From positions 17,701-81,700 of the forward strand of contig JBAMLT010000220.1 in the NCBI GenBank assembly GCA_039793425.1: a stretch of 64,000 bases of DNA, given 5' to 3'. The notes below the pieces were generated by a model. The model was not told where the DNA came from and did not search any database. It saw nothing but the letters and a program-made list of their open reading frames with translations. A program made the position numbers and the translations under genes. Source of the stretch: Caldisericota bacterium. Its GTDB lineage: Bacteria; Caldisericota; Caldisericia; B22-G15. Shown one piece after another: positions 10,496-20,763 of the stretch; position 1 is the stretch's first letter, and the number at the start of each line of letters is the position of its first letter.

Positions 10496-11644
10496 TTATG
10501 GATTTACTGTTGTCTTATAGACCTGTTGACCGTTCTTTATCTCAATTATAACTGCTGATTTAATTGGGTTTCTGTTGGCATCAAAAGTTATTAAACCAGA
10601 AACTGCATTAAATTGAATATTTTTCATAGCATCTCTAATTTTTGCACCATCTGTTGAACCTGCATTTTTAATTGCAGTAATCATAATATTCATAGCATCA
10701 TATGCAAGTGCTGCAAGAGCATCTGGATCATGATTAAATTTTTCTTTATATTTTTTAACAAATTCTTGAACTTCTGGTCTTTGGTCATCTTTTGAAAAGT
10801 GGTTAGTAAAGAAACCACCTTCAACTGCCTGACCACCAATTTCAACAAGTTTTGGTGAATCCCAACCATCTCCACCTAAGAAATACCCTTTAAAACCAAG
10901 TTCTCTTGCCTGTTTCATAATTAATCCTGCATCATTGTAGTAATCTGAAATATAAATTAATTCTGCACCTGCTTTAATTAGGTTTGTTAATTGTGCCTTA
11001 AAATCAGTTGCTCCTGTTGGATGTGATTCAAAACCAACAATTTGTCCACCAAGTTTAACGAATTGATCTCTAAAGAATTCTGATAATCCCTTTGTATAAT
11101 CATTTCCTATATCAAAAACACAACCTGCTTTTTTTACACCTAAAATATTATAAGCGAAGTTTGCACCAACTGTTCCTTGGAATGGGTCAATGAAACATGC
11201 TCTAAAAATATAATCTCCAACTTCAGTTACTTTTGGGTTTGTTGAGGTTGGTGATATCATTGGAACTCCTTTTGCCTGTGCTATTGGGGCACCAGCAAGT
11301 GAACATTTACTCATAACAGTTCCAACAATTCCAACAACTTTATCCTGGTCAATCAATTTTGTATAAACAGTTGCTGCTTCTGCAGGATCACCCTTGTCAT
11401 CTTCAAAAACAAGTTTAATCTTTTTACCTAAAACTCCACCCTTTGCATTCCACTCTTCAATTGCTAATTCTTCACCTTCTCTTGTTGAGACACCAAATGT
11501 TGCTGCCTCTCCCGAGACAGGACCTACTCCACCAATTTTAATCTCTTCAACCGCTTGTTCTTTGGGTTTACATCCTGTACTAAAACTAATTAACCCAAAG
11601 AACAATACCATTACCAAAACTACTAACGACAACCTCTTTAACAT
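10496..11644 (-). CDS. livJ: branched-chain amino acid ABC transporter substrate-binding protein (LivJ/LivK family), lipoprotein-type signal peptide
   Basis: 382 aa; N-terminal signal with lipobox-like LISFSTGC; periplasmic binding protein type I fold motifs; first gene of the liv operon. Confidence 0.8.
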   Translation of the reverse strand: MLKRLSLVVLVMVLFFGLISFSTGCKPKEQAVEEIKIGGVGPVSGEAATFGVSTREGEELAIEEWNAKGGVLGKKIKLVFEDDKGDPAEAATVYTKLIDQDKVVGIVGTVMSKCSLAGAPIAQAKGVPMISPTSTNPKVTEVGDYIFRACFIDPFQGTVGANFAYNILGVKKAGCVFDIGNDYTKGLSEFFRDQFVKLGGQIVGFESHPTGATDFKAQLTNLIKAGAELIYISDYYNDAGLIMKQARELGFKGYFLGGDGWDSPKLVEIGGQAVEGGFFTNHFSKDDQRPEVQEFVKKYKEKFNHDPDALAALAYDAMNIMITAIKNAGSTDGAKIRDAMKNIQFNAVSGLITFDANRNPIKSAVIIEIKNGQQVYKTTVNP

Positions 11645-11677
11645 AGATCCCTCCTTATTTGATATATTAAATTAATT

Positions 11678-11705
11678 ATATTAACATTTTATTTTATATT
11701 GTCAA
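11678..11705 (-). promoter_or_regulatory. candidate sigma70 promoter of liv operon (-35 TTGACA, 16-bp spacer, -10 TAATAT on minus strand)
   Basis: Plus-strand TGTCAA at 11700-11705 and ATATTA at 11678-11683; AT-rich background makes chance matches likely. Confidence 0.2.
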
Positions 11706-11767
11706 TAGGATGATATAAAATTAAATAAAAATGTTTATTTGAAATTAAAAAATATAATTACTATTTT

Positions 11768-12685
11768 TTATTTATGAAATTTTTTAACGAAAAATAAAAT
11801 TATATTTAATGGAATTAACATTGTAGGCCATGGAATTTGCCCTAAAATAACAATTAAACTACTTTTTGGATCAAGAAATTGAATAGATAAAACTGTTGCA
11901 ATAGCAATATTATTAAAAGTTTTAGCATTTGAGATTGCAATCTTATCAGGTAGTTTTAAGAAAAATGGAAAAAAGAAATTTATTAATTGAAATAAAATAA
12001 AAACTGAATAAAGAATCAAAATATATTTAATAACTTCAAAAGGATTTTCTCTCATATAATTTGCATTCAAAGAAATTATTGATAATGAAAGAAGAATAAC
12101 AAGAATTAAAGTTATTATCTTACTATTATTACTTAAAAAATTTGCTTCTCTTTTGAAGAATTTTTTAAATGGAATTGCTATTAAAAGAGGTATAAAGATT
12201 AATCTAAAAATTGTTATAAAAACCTGGAAATAATCAAGTTTTACAACTTTCCTAAAAAATAGATAGAAAAAAAGTGGAATTAAAAATGGAGCAAGAATGT
12301 GGGTGATTATTGTTAATAAAACTGTTAAAAGCGTGTTACCATTTGATAGGTCTGTCATTGCAGAAGCAGCTACACCTGTTGGCACTAAAGCAAGTAACAT
12401 AATAGCACTTAGTGTTAGATAATCAAAATTAAAGTTTTTATATATTAAATAGATTAATAGAGGTGTTATTAATGAATTAATTATAATTATATAAATTATT
12501 AACATTGGTTTTTTTATGTAAATTTTTATACAGTTAAAATCTACTTTAAGGAATGTTATAAATAAAATGGTCATTAAAAAATAGGTGATATATTTTGTAA
12601 AAAAAACAAAATATGGAAAGAAAATACCAATAAAAACTACTAAAATTAATAAATATGAACTATTTTTTTCAATAAATTTTTTCAT
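11768..12685 (-). CDS. polytopic membrane protein, probable secondary transporter (BASS/AEC-like; family uncertain)
   Basis: 305 aa, about 9-10 predicted TM helices; no soluble domain. Confidence 0.3.
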   Translation of the reverse strand: MKKFIEKNSSYLLILVVFIGIFFPYFVFFTKYITYFLMTILFITFLKVDFNCIKIYIKKPMLIIYIIIINSLITPLLIYLIYKNFNFDYLTLSAIMLLALVPTGVAASAMTDLSNGNTLLTVLLTIITHILAPFLIPLFFYLFFRKVVKLDYFQVFITIFRLIFIPLLIAIPFKKFFKREANFLSNNSKIITLILVILLSLSIISLNANYMRENPFEVIKYILILYSVFILFQLINFFFPFFLKLPDKIAISNAKTFNNIAIATVLSIQFLDPKSSLIVILGQIPWPTMLIPLNIILFFVKKFHK

Positions 12686-14089
12686 CTAAACTTCTACTTT
12701 TATTGCATGTTCTTCTATAACTTTTTTCTTCCAGGAACCTTTTAAGAAAAATCCTACTGATACAAGGGCTGTGATGAAATTACTTATTGTCATTCCAATC
12801 CAAACTCCAGTTGAATTCATTTTAAGAGTAAAACCAAAGATATAACTTAATGGAACTCTCAAGCCCCACAATCTTAAAAATGAAATAATCATATTAGGAG
12901 TATTATGGCCTGATGCTTGGAAAGCAGACATAATACCTCTTATCACTCCAAACATTGGAATTGCTGCAGCAAAATATAGCATAAATCTCCCACCTTCTTC
13001 AATAATTTCAATTTCATTAGGAATGAATAGCATCACAAGTTGTTTTCTAAATAAAACAAGTATAAAAGTTTCTATACAGAGTACTATAAACATAAAAAAC
13101 ATTCCTCTTTTTGCTGCAAATGATGCCCTATCAACTCTATCTGCACCAAGAGATTGTCCTATTATTGTTGTAAGACCAGTTGCAAGACCATCTATTGCTA
13201 TAAAACCAAATGAAAGAAGTCTATCACCAATTCCATATGCTGCAATTGCGACTCTTGCATCATTTAATCTGCCTAAAATTCCTGTTAAAACAACAAAACC
13301 AAATGCTTCAGCACTCTGCCCAATTGCAGCAGGAAGACCTATTCTAAAAATTTTTTTAATCCAATCCCAATCTGGTTTTAAATATTCTTTTTTTACATGA
13401 ATCCCTTTCTTCCCACTCATTAAGTAAAGCATTGCAATAACTGATGCAACAAACATTGAAAAAATTGTTGCAACTGCTGCTCCAACAATTCCCATTTTTG
13501 GAAATGGACCAAGACCAAAAATTAAAACTGGATCAAGAAAAATGTTGAGGATATTTGTTAAAACTGCAACATACATAGGTGTTAATGTATCTCCATAGGA
13601 AACCATAACAGCCCTAAAAATTCCATTTAAAAACATAAATGGAAAACCTAAAAATATGACTTTTAAGTATATATTTGCAACCGAAGTTAACTCTTTTACA
13701 TTTGTTAATACATTTATCAAAAATGGAATAAAAATAAATCCAAAAATTCCAAGGAGAACTCCAAAAATTAAACTTAAAACAACAACTTGAGATGCTGCTT
13801 GATTTGCTTTTTCATTTTCTCTTGCACCAGTATATTGAGAGACAAGTGCAACTCCAGCCATTGCAAATCCAGAAGCAAAAGAAATCAAAAACCACATGCT
13901 TGGAAAAGCGAGTTGAAGACCTGCAACTGCATTTCCACTCTCACCTTGAGGTAAATGTCCAAGCCAAAATGTATCAGCAAGATGATATACTGTCTCAAGA
14001 ACAGAAGATATCATAACTGGCCATCCAAGTTTCCACATAATAGGGAAGAGAGGTTTGTTTAGAACTTCATCAAGTGTTACCTTTTTCAT
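12686..14089 (-). CDS. MATE family multidrug/sodium efflux transporter
   Basis: 467 aa, 12-TM pattern with MATE N-terminal motif (LGHLPQGESGNAVAGLQLAFP). Confidence 0.85.
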   Translation of the reverse strand: MKKVTLDEVLNKPLFPIMWKLGWPVMISSVLETVYHLADTFWLGHLPQGESGNAVAGLQLAFPSMWFLISFASGFAMAGVALVSQYTGARENEKANQAASQVVVLSLIFGVLLGIFGFIFIPFLINVLTNVKELTSVANIYLKVIFLGFPFMFLNGIFRAVMVSYGDTLTPMYVAVLTNILNIFLDPVLIFGLGPFPKMGIVGAAVATIFSMFVASVIAMLYLMSGKKGIHVKKEYLKPDWDWIKKIFRIGLPAAIGQSAEAFGFVVLTGILGRLNDARVAIAAYGIGDRLLSFGFIAIDGLATGLTTIIGQSLGADRVDRASFAAKRGMFFMFIVLCIETFILVLFRKQLVMLFIPNEIEIIEEGGRFMLYFAAAIPMFGVIRGIMSAFQASGHNTPNMIISFLRLWGLRVPLSYIFGFTLKMNSTGVWIGMTISNFITALVSVGFFLKGSWKKKVIEEHAIKVEV

Positions 14090-14100
14090 CCTTACACTCC

Positions 14101-14137
14101 TTTAACAATCTATAATAATTTATCATAAATTGTTAAA
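14101..14137. promoter_or_regulatory. 9-bp perfect inverted repeat (TTTAACAAT-N19-ATTGTTAAA) in MATE/TetR divergent intergenic region; candidate operator
   Basis: Seen directly in sequence; spacer contains a TATAAT-like hexamer. Confidence 0.3.
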
Positions 14138-14221
14138 AAAGTAAAACTTGAATTTAAAATTTTAAATAAAAATGTGACTGATGAGTTATAATTTACTTGA
14201 TAAATTATTAAGAGGTGAATT

Positions 14222-14854
14222 TTGCCAAAAACTACCTTTTTAAATTTGAATGATAAAAAAAAGAAAAAAATTCTTAACACATTGATAAAATATTTTGCAA
14301 ATTATCCATATGAAAAGGTTGATATTGAGGATGTTGCAAAAGAATCAAAAGTTTCAAAGGGAAGTATGTATCAATATTTTTTAGATAAAAAGGATATGTA
14401 TTTTTATGCAATAAATGAATCCATTAGGAAAATGTTTGAAATAGCAGAAAATATTGACTTTGAAAAAATAAATGTTTTTGAATATCTTGAAAAATCTTTT
14501 GAGTCAAATTGGAAACTTTTATCTAAATTTCCTAATGAATATCTTCTTCTTGAAAGAGCAATTTTTGGATATGATATACCATTCAAAGAAGAAATAAACA
14601 ACCTTTTTTTAAATAAATTTAGAGATACATTAAAAATAATAATAATTCAGAGTCAAAAAAGTGGATTTATAAGAAATGATATATCTATTGAAGTGATCTT
14701 AACCTTTATGGAAGGTGCAATTATGAATATTAAAAGATACATAATCGAATATGCAAAAAGTATTGGCATATCATCAAAAGATTTATCATATGATTTAATA
14801 AAAGATATTCAAAAAGATTTTGTCAAAGTTTTAAAAAATGGATTATCTAAATGA
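14222..14854 (+). CDS. TetR/AcrR family transcriptional regulator (TTG start)
   Basis: N-terminal HTH region (EDVAKESKVSKGSMYQYF) typical of TetR; divergent from MATE pump and directly upstream of an ABC exporter operon. Confidence 0.7.
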   Translation: MPKTTFLNLNDKKKKKILNTLIKYFANYPYEKVDIEDVAKESKVSKGSMYQYFLDKKDMYFYAINESIRKMFEIAENIDFEKINVFEYLEKSFESNWKLLSKFPNEYLLLERAIFGYDIPFKEEINNLFLNKFRDTLKIIIIQSQKSGFIRNDISIEVILTFMEGAIMNIKRYIIEYAKSIGISSKDLSYDLIKDIQKDFVKVLKNGLSK

Positions 14855-14885
14855 CTTGACAGTCATATGACTATAGAGTTATAAT
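14851..14885 (+). promoter_or_regulatory. sigma70 promoter (-35 TTGACA 14856-14861, 18-bp spacer, -10 TATAAT 14880-14885) with overlapping palindromic operator ATGACT-TGAC-AGTCAT-ATGACT
   Basis: Consensus hexamers seen in sequence; perfect 6-bp-arm palindrome 14851-14866 plus third half-site 14867-14872; RBS AAAAGGAGGG precedes ATG at 14904. Confidence 0.45.
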
Positions 14886-14903
14886 TTGGTAAAAGGAGGG
14901 TTT

Positions 14904-15768
14904 ATGGATAAGGCAATTGAAGTTAAAGATTTATCCTATAGTTATGGAAAAAATCTTGCAGTTGATAGTATATCTTTTTTTGTAGATAAGGAAGAAATTT
15001 TAGGTTTCCTTGGACCAAATGGTGCTATAAAAAACAACAACATTTAAAATGTTAATTGGACTTCTTAAGCCAAAAAATGGAAAGGCATATGTATTAGGTT
15101 ATGATATGGTTAAAGATTCCAAAAAAGTTCAAAGAAAAATTGGAGTTTGTTTCGAATATACAAATCTTTATGAAGAATTATCAGCAAAAGAAAATCTCAC
15201 TCTCTTTGCAAATCTTTTCGGGATAAAAAATTTTAATCCATATGAACTTATCGAAAAAGTTGGTTTAAAAGGAAAAGAGAATGATTTAGTTAAGACATTT
15301 TCAAAAGGAATGAAACAAAGACTTATGGTTGCAAGAGCACTTGTAAATGACCCAGAGATTCTATTTCTTGATGAACCAACTGCAGGACTTGATCCTGTGT
15401 CATCTGAAGAAATTAGAAATATAATCTTAGAAGAAAAGAAAAAAGGAAAAACAATATTTTTAACAACTCATGATATGTATGAAGCAGATAAACTTTCAGA
15501 TAGAGTTGCCTTTATAAATTATGGAAAAATTGTTGCACTGGATGCTCCACTAAATTTAAAAACAAAATTTGGAAAAAGGGGATTAAAATTGAAACTTCAA
15601 AAAGAAAATGGAGAGATTTATGAAAAAGATATAGTTCTTGATAAAGATGATACACTTGAAAAAATCTTAACAACTTTTAAACAAGATAAGGTTATAACAG
15701 TTCATAGTGAAGAAGCAACATTAGAGGATATTTTTATAAAAATAACTGGGAGAGGTTTAAAAGAATGA
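14904..15768 (+). pseudogene. ABC transporter ATP-binding protein (ABC-2/DrrA-like), disrupted by +1 frameshift in an A6 run at 15029-15034 and with Walker A Gly replaced by Ile
   Basis: N-terminal 42 codons (MDKAIEVKDLSYSYGKNLAVDSISFFVDKEEILGFLGPNGA-IKNNNI*) in frame 0; remainder (KTTTFKMLIGLLKP...LSGGMKQR...DEPTAGLD) in frame +1; expected GPNGAGKTTTF reads GPNGAIK then shifts. Confidence 0.55.
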
Positions 15769-16802
15769 ATTTTAAAAATATTTCAATTTTAACAAAAAAA
15801 GATCTTTCTCTTTTCTTTAAGAATAGATTTTTCTCAATAATCACAATTCTTGGTCTTGTTGCATACATAATAATATTTTTTGCAATGCCAAGGATTCAAG
15901 AAGATAAAATAAAAATTGGAATTTATTCTGATGTTCCTCTTACAAAAATTTACTATTTTCTTGAATCTCATGATGCTGAAGTTTATAAAGGGGTGTCAAT
16001 TGAAGATTTAAGAGAAAAAGTTTCTAAAAAATTAATCTCTTTTGGAATTTACTTTCCATCTGATGTTAAAGAGAAAAAAGCCCTTAAATTAATTATTAAT
16101 ATAGAAACAGAAGATGAGATGAAAGAAGCATATGAATATATAGCAAAAGAACTATATCATACTGAATTTGGATTTGATTTAAACATTGAAAGTGAGAGTG
16201 AAATTATTGGAGTTGATTTGGCAGGTAAACAGATTCCAGTTAGAAAAAGATTAATTCCTGTTCTTGCCTTCTTTTTAATCATTACAGAAACTCTTGGATT
16301 AAGCAATTTAATAAGTGAAGAACTTGAAAATAAAACAATTTATGCGCTTCTTTCAACTCCTGTAAATATTCAAGATATATTTTTCTCAAAAGGAATTACA
16401 GGTTTAATTACAACTCTTATTCCATCAATTTTATTTATCATAATTACAACTCAATTTAAAAATTTTTTTTCAATTTTATTACTACTTTTCTTGGGAAGTT
16501 TATTTGCTATAAGTGTTGGTTTTTTAATTGGTTCAATTGCAAAAGATATGATGTCAATAATTGGTTATGGGTTTGTTATTTTTATTTTAATCCTTACTCC
16601 ATCTTTTAATGTTCTTGCCCCTGGAACTTTATCTTCATGGGTTAAAATAATTCCTGCATATTTTCTTGTTGATGGACTCAATAAAATTATAAATTTTAAC
16701 ACATCTTTTTTAAATTTATTACCTAATATTTTAATATTAATTATTACATCAGGGATATTACTTTTCTTTGGTGCTTTTATTCTTAGAAGGAGATTAATAT
16801 GA
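15765..16802 (+). CDS. ABC-2 type transporter permease
   Basis: 345 aa; N-terminal TM, large extracytoplasmic loop, C-terminal 5-TM bundle; translationally coupled to neighbours (4-nt overlaps). Confidence 0.6.
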   Translation: MNFKNISILTKKDLSLFFKNRFFSIITILGLVAYIIIFFAMPRIQEDKIKIGIYSDVPLTKIYYFLESHDAEVYKGVSIEDLREKVSKKLISFGIYFPSDVKEKKALKLIINIETEDEMKEAYEYIAKELYHTEFGFDLNIESESEIIGVDLAGKQIPVRKRLIPVLAFFLIITETLGLSNLISEELENKTIYALLSTPVNIQDIFFSKGITGLITTLIPSILFIIITTQFKNFFSILLLLFLGSLFAISVGFLIGSIAKDMMSIIGYGFVIFILILTPSFNVLAPGTLSSWVKIIPAYFLVDGLNKIINFNTSFLNLLPNILILIITSGILLFFGAFILRRRLI

Positions 16803-17851
16803 ATTTAAAAAGAATTTTTATTTTGCTTATAAAAGAATTTAAACTTGGTTCAAAAAGATTTATAATAATTTGGTCTTTAATTACTCCATTTCTAATTTCA
16901 ATAGTAATATCTTTAATCTTTGGCTCATTTTTTATAAGAACTCCTCGCCTTGGTATTTATGTTGAGGGCGAGGGAGAATTTAAATCTTTAATTTATGAAA
17001 CAAAATCAATTATAACAAAAGAGTATAAAACCCTTGATGCACTAATTTCTTCTGTTAAAGATGGAGTTGTTGATATTGGAGTTATCTTCCCAAAAAATTT
17101 TGATGAAAACCTTAAAAGTGGAGAAAAGGTAATGCTCAAAAGTTACGTTTTTGGAGAAAGTTATGCAAAAAATAGAGCAATCATTGTTGTAACAATTGGA
17201 AATATCATAAGAAAAATTTCAGGAAAAGACATTGAAATTAATATAGATACTGAGAATATAGGAGAAAAGGGGTTACCACTAAGATTAAGAATATTTCCTT
17301 TAATTGTTATGGTTGCAATATTTTTTGGAGGCCTCTTTATTCCATCAATATCTCTAATAGAGGAAAAAAGAAAGAAAACTCTTGATGCTTTAAAGGTTTC
17401 TTCTCTTCATTTAAACGAGATTACCTTTTCAAAATGGTTATTTGGTTTTGTTATTAGTTTATTTACTGGAATTTTAATTCTTATAATAAATTCTGTTTTC
17501 AATTTAAATCCATCATTGTTATTGATATTTACGATTCTTGGAGCGGTTTTAGCAACAACATTAGGGATTATCCTTGGAATTTATCTGAATGATTTTGCAA
17601 CACTTCTTTCATTTTGGAAAATTGGTGGAATAGTTCTCTTCTTTCCAGTGATTCAATATCTTTTTCCAAAAATCCCAGAGTTAATTTCAATGTTTTTCCC
17701 TACTTATTATCTTATAAAGCCTATTATGGAAATTGCGGAGAAAGGATCTGTTTTAAATTCAATTTTCTATATAACAATTTTGATTCTTATCAACTTGGTA
17801 TTATTTTTCATTTTAAATCTCTCTCTTATAAGAAAAGGTGAATATTTATAA
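16799..17851 (+). CDS. ABC-2 type transporter permease
   Basis: 350 aa; same architecture as preceding permease. Confidence 0.6.
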   Translation: MNLKRIFILLIKEFKLGSKRFIIIWSLITPFLISIVISLIFGSFFIRTPRLGIYVEGEGEFKSLIYETKSIITKEYKTLDALISSVKDGVVDIGVIFPKNFDENLKSGEKVMLKSYVFGESYAKNRAIIVVTIGNIIRKISGKDIEINIDTENIGEKGLPLRLRIFPLIVMVAIFFGGLFIPSISLIEEKRKKTLDALKVSSLHLNEITFSKWLFGFVISLFTGILILIINSVFNLNPSLLLIFTILGAVLATTLGIILGIYLNDFATLLSFWKIGGIVLFFPVIQYLFPKIPELISMFFPTYYLIKPIMEIAEKGSVLNSIFYITILILINLVLFFILNLSLIRKGEYL

Positions 17852-20074
17852 ATTTAGAATTTTCGTAAGAATTAGAATTGCGCCTTTCTTGTCAAGCGGT
17901 TTGTTCTTGTTTCCACATTTTGGAGAGTAGATGCAAGATGGGCATCCATCTTCACATTTACAATTTTTAATCACATCATATCCATATAAAAGCAATTTTT
18001 CAATATAATCAAAGCCTTTTTTTGAAAATCCAATTCCACCTGGGTAAGCATCATAAATAAAAATTGTTGGTTTATCTGTGTCTGGATGAACTGGATGAGA
18101 AAGACCTCCTAAATCTCTTCTATCACATATAGCAATCAATGGAAAAACTCCAATTAAAAGGTGCTCTAAGGCATGAATTGAACCATTAAAATCATATCCA
18201 CTTTTTATAACCTCTTTTTTTATCTCATCTTTAATTATAAACCATAAACCTTTTGTTTCAAAAACCCTTGTAGGTAGTTCAATAGGATACTCTCCAATTA
18301 AATCATTTGTGAAATGTTTTCTTTTCTGATACCCTATGACCTTTGATGTTACTTCAAGGTCACCATAAAAAATATTTAGTTCATTTCTTTTCTTATTTTC
18401 TATAAACTTTATAATTTTAGTTGAATTTACTTCAAGTGATTGGGTATAATAATCAACCTCTTTTTTCAATAAATATATTTCTTTATTTCTTAAATCTAAA
18501 TCTTTTACAATAAAAGAGTCGCCTTCAAAATAATAAACAGAACCTGGATGTGCTTCATTAAATGCTCTTCCTTCATCTATTCTTTCAATTTCTTTTCCAT
18601 TATCATCATATAAAACAAAATCATCCTCTTCAAAACTTCTTAATGTTACATATTTATGAGGCATATTAGATACAGATGGAATTATTCTTCCTTCAATGTC
18701 TTTTAATTTTTCTTCCTTAATAAGTAAATCTATCTCACTATTAAAGAAAAAATCGTCGTTCTTTTTAATTGGAATTTCATATGAGGCACATAAAATGTGT
18801 TTTTTTAATAAATTATTATTATATGGATCAATTATTAGATTTTCACTTCCTTTTTCAAAAATTTCTTCTGGATGATTAACAATATATTCATTTAGGGGAT
18901 CCTTTTCTCCTAAAAATATTGTATAACCTGTACTTCTTCTTCCAGACCTCCCACTCTCCTGTAAAAATGATGATATTGTTCCAGGATATCCAACTATTAA
19001 TGAAACATCGAGATCTCCAATATCAATACCAAGTTCAAGTGCAGTGGTTGATATTACAAAACTTATTTCTCCATTTAGAAGTTTTTTTTCAATCTCTCTT
19101 CTTTTTTCTTTTGAATATCCTGCTCTATAAGGAAGCAACTTTTTCTTATACTCATCATCAAGTTTATCTCTTAAATATCTATAGAGTAGTTCAACGCTTT
19201 TTCTACTCTTCATAAAACAGATTCCTCTATAATTTGCTTTAATTAATGATTCAACAATCCATATTGCTTCACTAAAAAGAGACCTATCATCAGGAGTTTT
19301 CATAAAAAAATAAATTTTTTTATTTCTTGGAGCATCATCACTTGAAATTATTTTTATCTCTTCTCCATAAAGATTTTTAAAAAATTCATTAGGATTTCCA
19401 ACGGTTGCTGATGAAAAGACAAATGTCACATCTTTCTCATAAAACTTAAAAACTCTTTTCATTCTTCTTATTAAAGATGCAACATTAGAGCCAAAAACTC
19501 CATTATATATATGTGCTTCATCAAAAACGACAAATGATAATTTTGATAAAAAATTACTCCAATTAGTATGGTATGGAAGAATTGAATAATGAATCATCTC
19601 AGGATTTGTAAAAATAAGTTGAGAAGTTCCTCTTATCTTTTTTCTGTCTTCTTGGGGAGTATCTCCATCATAAATTCCAGTTTTTATATCAGGTGTAACC
19701 CAATAAATCTGTCTTTCCTGATCTCTTGCCAATGCTTTTGTAGGATAGACATATATCGCTTTTTCTCCCTTTTTTAAAAACTCATAAATAGGTAAATGAA
19801 ATGCAAGAGTTTTGCCAGAAGCGGTTGGAGATATTATTGCTAAATTTTCTTTATTTTTTATTATTTCATATGAAATAACTTGATATTTATATAATTTATC
19901 AATATTTATATTTAATAACTTTTCTTTAACTATGTTAGGTAAATTATCAATTGAAAAATAATTTCCGTCTTTTTCTTCAACTTCATAAATATGTTTTATA
20001 TTACCCTTATAACTTTTTGAATTTGTTAATATTTCTAAAAAGGGATTCTGTATTATGCCTTTCCTTTCACCCAA
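17846..20074 (-). CDS. DEXH-box helicase with C-terminal DUF1998 zinc-binding domain (MrfA/YprA-like, COG1205)
   Basis: Motif I SPTASGKT, motif II VVFDEAHIY, motif VI QESGRSGRR; C-terminal Cys cluster CKCEDGCPSCIYSPKC typical of DUF1998. Confidence 0.75.
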   Translation of the reverse strand: MGERKGIIQNPFLEILTNSKSYKGNIKHIYEVEEKDGNYFSIDNLPNIVKEKLLNINIDKLYKYQVISYEIIKNKENLAIISPTASGKTLAFHLPIYEFLKKGEKAIYVYPTKALARDQERQIYWVTPDIKTGIYDGDTPQEDRKKIRGTSQLIFTNPEMIHYSILPYHTNWSNFLSKLSFVVFDEAHIYNGVFGSNVASLIRRMKRVFKFYEKDVTFVFSSATVGNPNEFFKNLYGEEIKIISSDDAPRNKKIYFFMKTPDDRSLFSEAIWIVESLIKANYRGICFMKSRKSVELLYRYLRDKLDDEYKKKLLPYRAGYSKEKRREIEKKLLNGEISFVISTTALELGIDIGDLDVSLIVGYPGTISSFLQESGRSGRRSTGYTIFLGEKDPLNEYIVNHPEEIFEKGSENLIIDPYNNNLLKKHILCASYEIPIKKNDDFFFNSEIDLLIKEEKLKDIEGRIIPSVSNMPHKYVTLRSFEEDDFVLYDDNGKEIERIDEGRAFNEAHPGSVYYFEGDSFIVKDLDLRNKEIYLLKKEVDYYTQSLEVNSTKIIKFIENKKRNELNIFYGDLEVTSKVIGYQKRKHFTNDLIGEYPIELPTRVFETKGLWFIIKDEIKKEVIKSGYDFNGSIHALEHLLIGVFPLIAICDRRDLGGLSHPVHPDTDKPTIFIYDAYPGGIGFSKKGFDYIEKLLLYGYDVIKNCKCEDGCPSCIYSPKCGNKNKPLDKKGAILILTKILNL

Positions 20075-20763
20075 TGCCAGAGAATTAAATTAAATAAAGA
20101 TAAAACAATACTTATAAATACAAGATGGTAGAAAACATTAAAAAACATTTGAGGTACTTTAAAAAATAAAGGAAAAGAGATGCTCATCAAATTTACAATA
20201 CCACCAACAATTATTGAAATGATTGAAGCAATGAATGCTGGAAATCTTATACTTCTTAAAATTGCATAAACAAGGAATGAAGCAAAAATTGCAAGAATAA
20301 AAAATAGTAATGTAAGAGAAAATTGAAGAGGCCTTCCAATAATTAGATATACATATTCAAGAACATTTTTTAAAGAAAACGTTTCTGTTTCAATTGCTTG
20401 CATATAATATTCTGTAAAAACGATTGCAAAAAATAGTACAATAGCGATAATTCTTCCAATGATTAATGATAGAGTATAATTTCGACTTATTTCAATATCA
20501 AACATTTCATAAATCATAAATATAGTTATTATAATTATAGAAAGAAAATATACGGGAATTAAAGGTATACCTGAAATACTCAATCTTCTTAAAAGAGCAA
20601 GATATCCTGGAAAACTTACAAATTGAATAAGCGCTAACATTCCACCAACAATTAAATAAAAAAATGCAAGAGAAATGTTCTTTCTAATTTTTAATGTAAT
20701 TAAAATAATGAAAAAAAAGAATAAAGAAAGTATTGTTGGATACAAAAAATTTTGATAGTTCAT
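20053..20763 (-). CDS. polytopic membrane protein of unknown function
   Basis: 236 aa, about 6-7 hydrophobic helices; overlaps helicase start and abuts the DUF4388 gene stop. Confidence 0.4.
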   Translation of the reverse strand: MNYQNFLYPTILSLFFFFIILITLKIRKNISLAFFYLIVGGMLALIQFVSFPGYLALLRRLSISGIPLIPVYFLSIIIITIFMIYEMFDIEISRNYTLSLIIGRIIAIVLFFAIVFTEYYMQAIETETFSLKNVLEYVYLIIGRPLQFSLTLLFFILAIFASFLVYAILRSIRFPAFIASIISIIVGGIVNLMSISFPLFFKVPQMFFNVFYHLVFISIVLSLFNLILWHWVKGKA

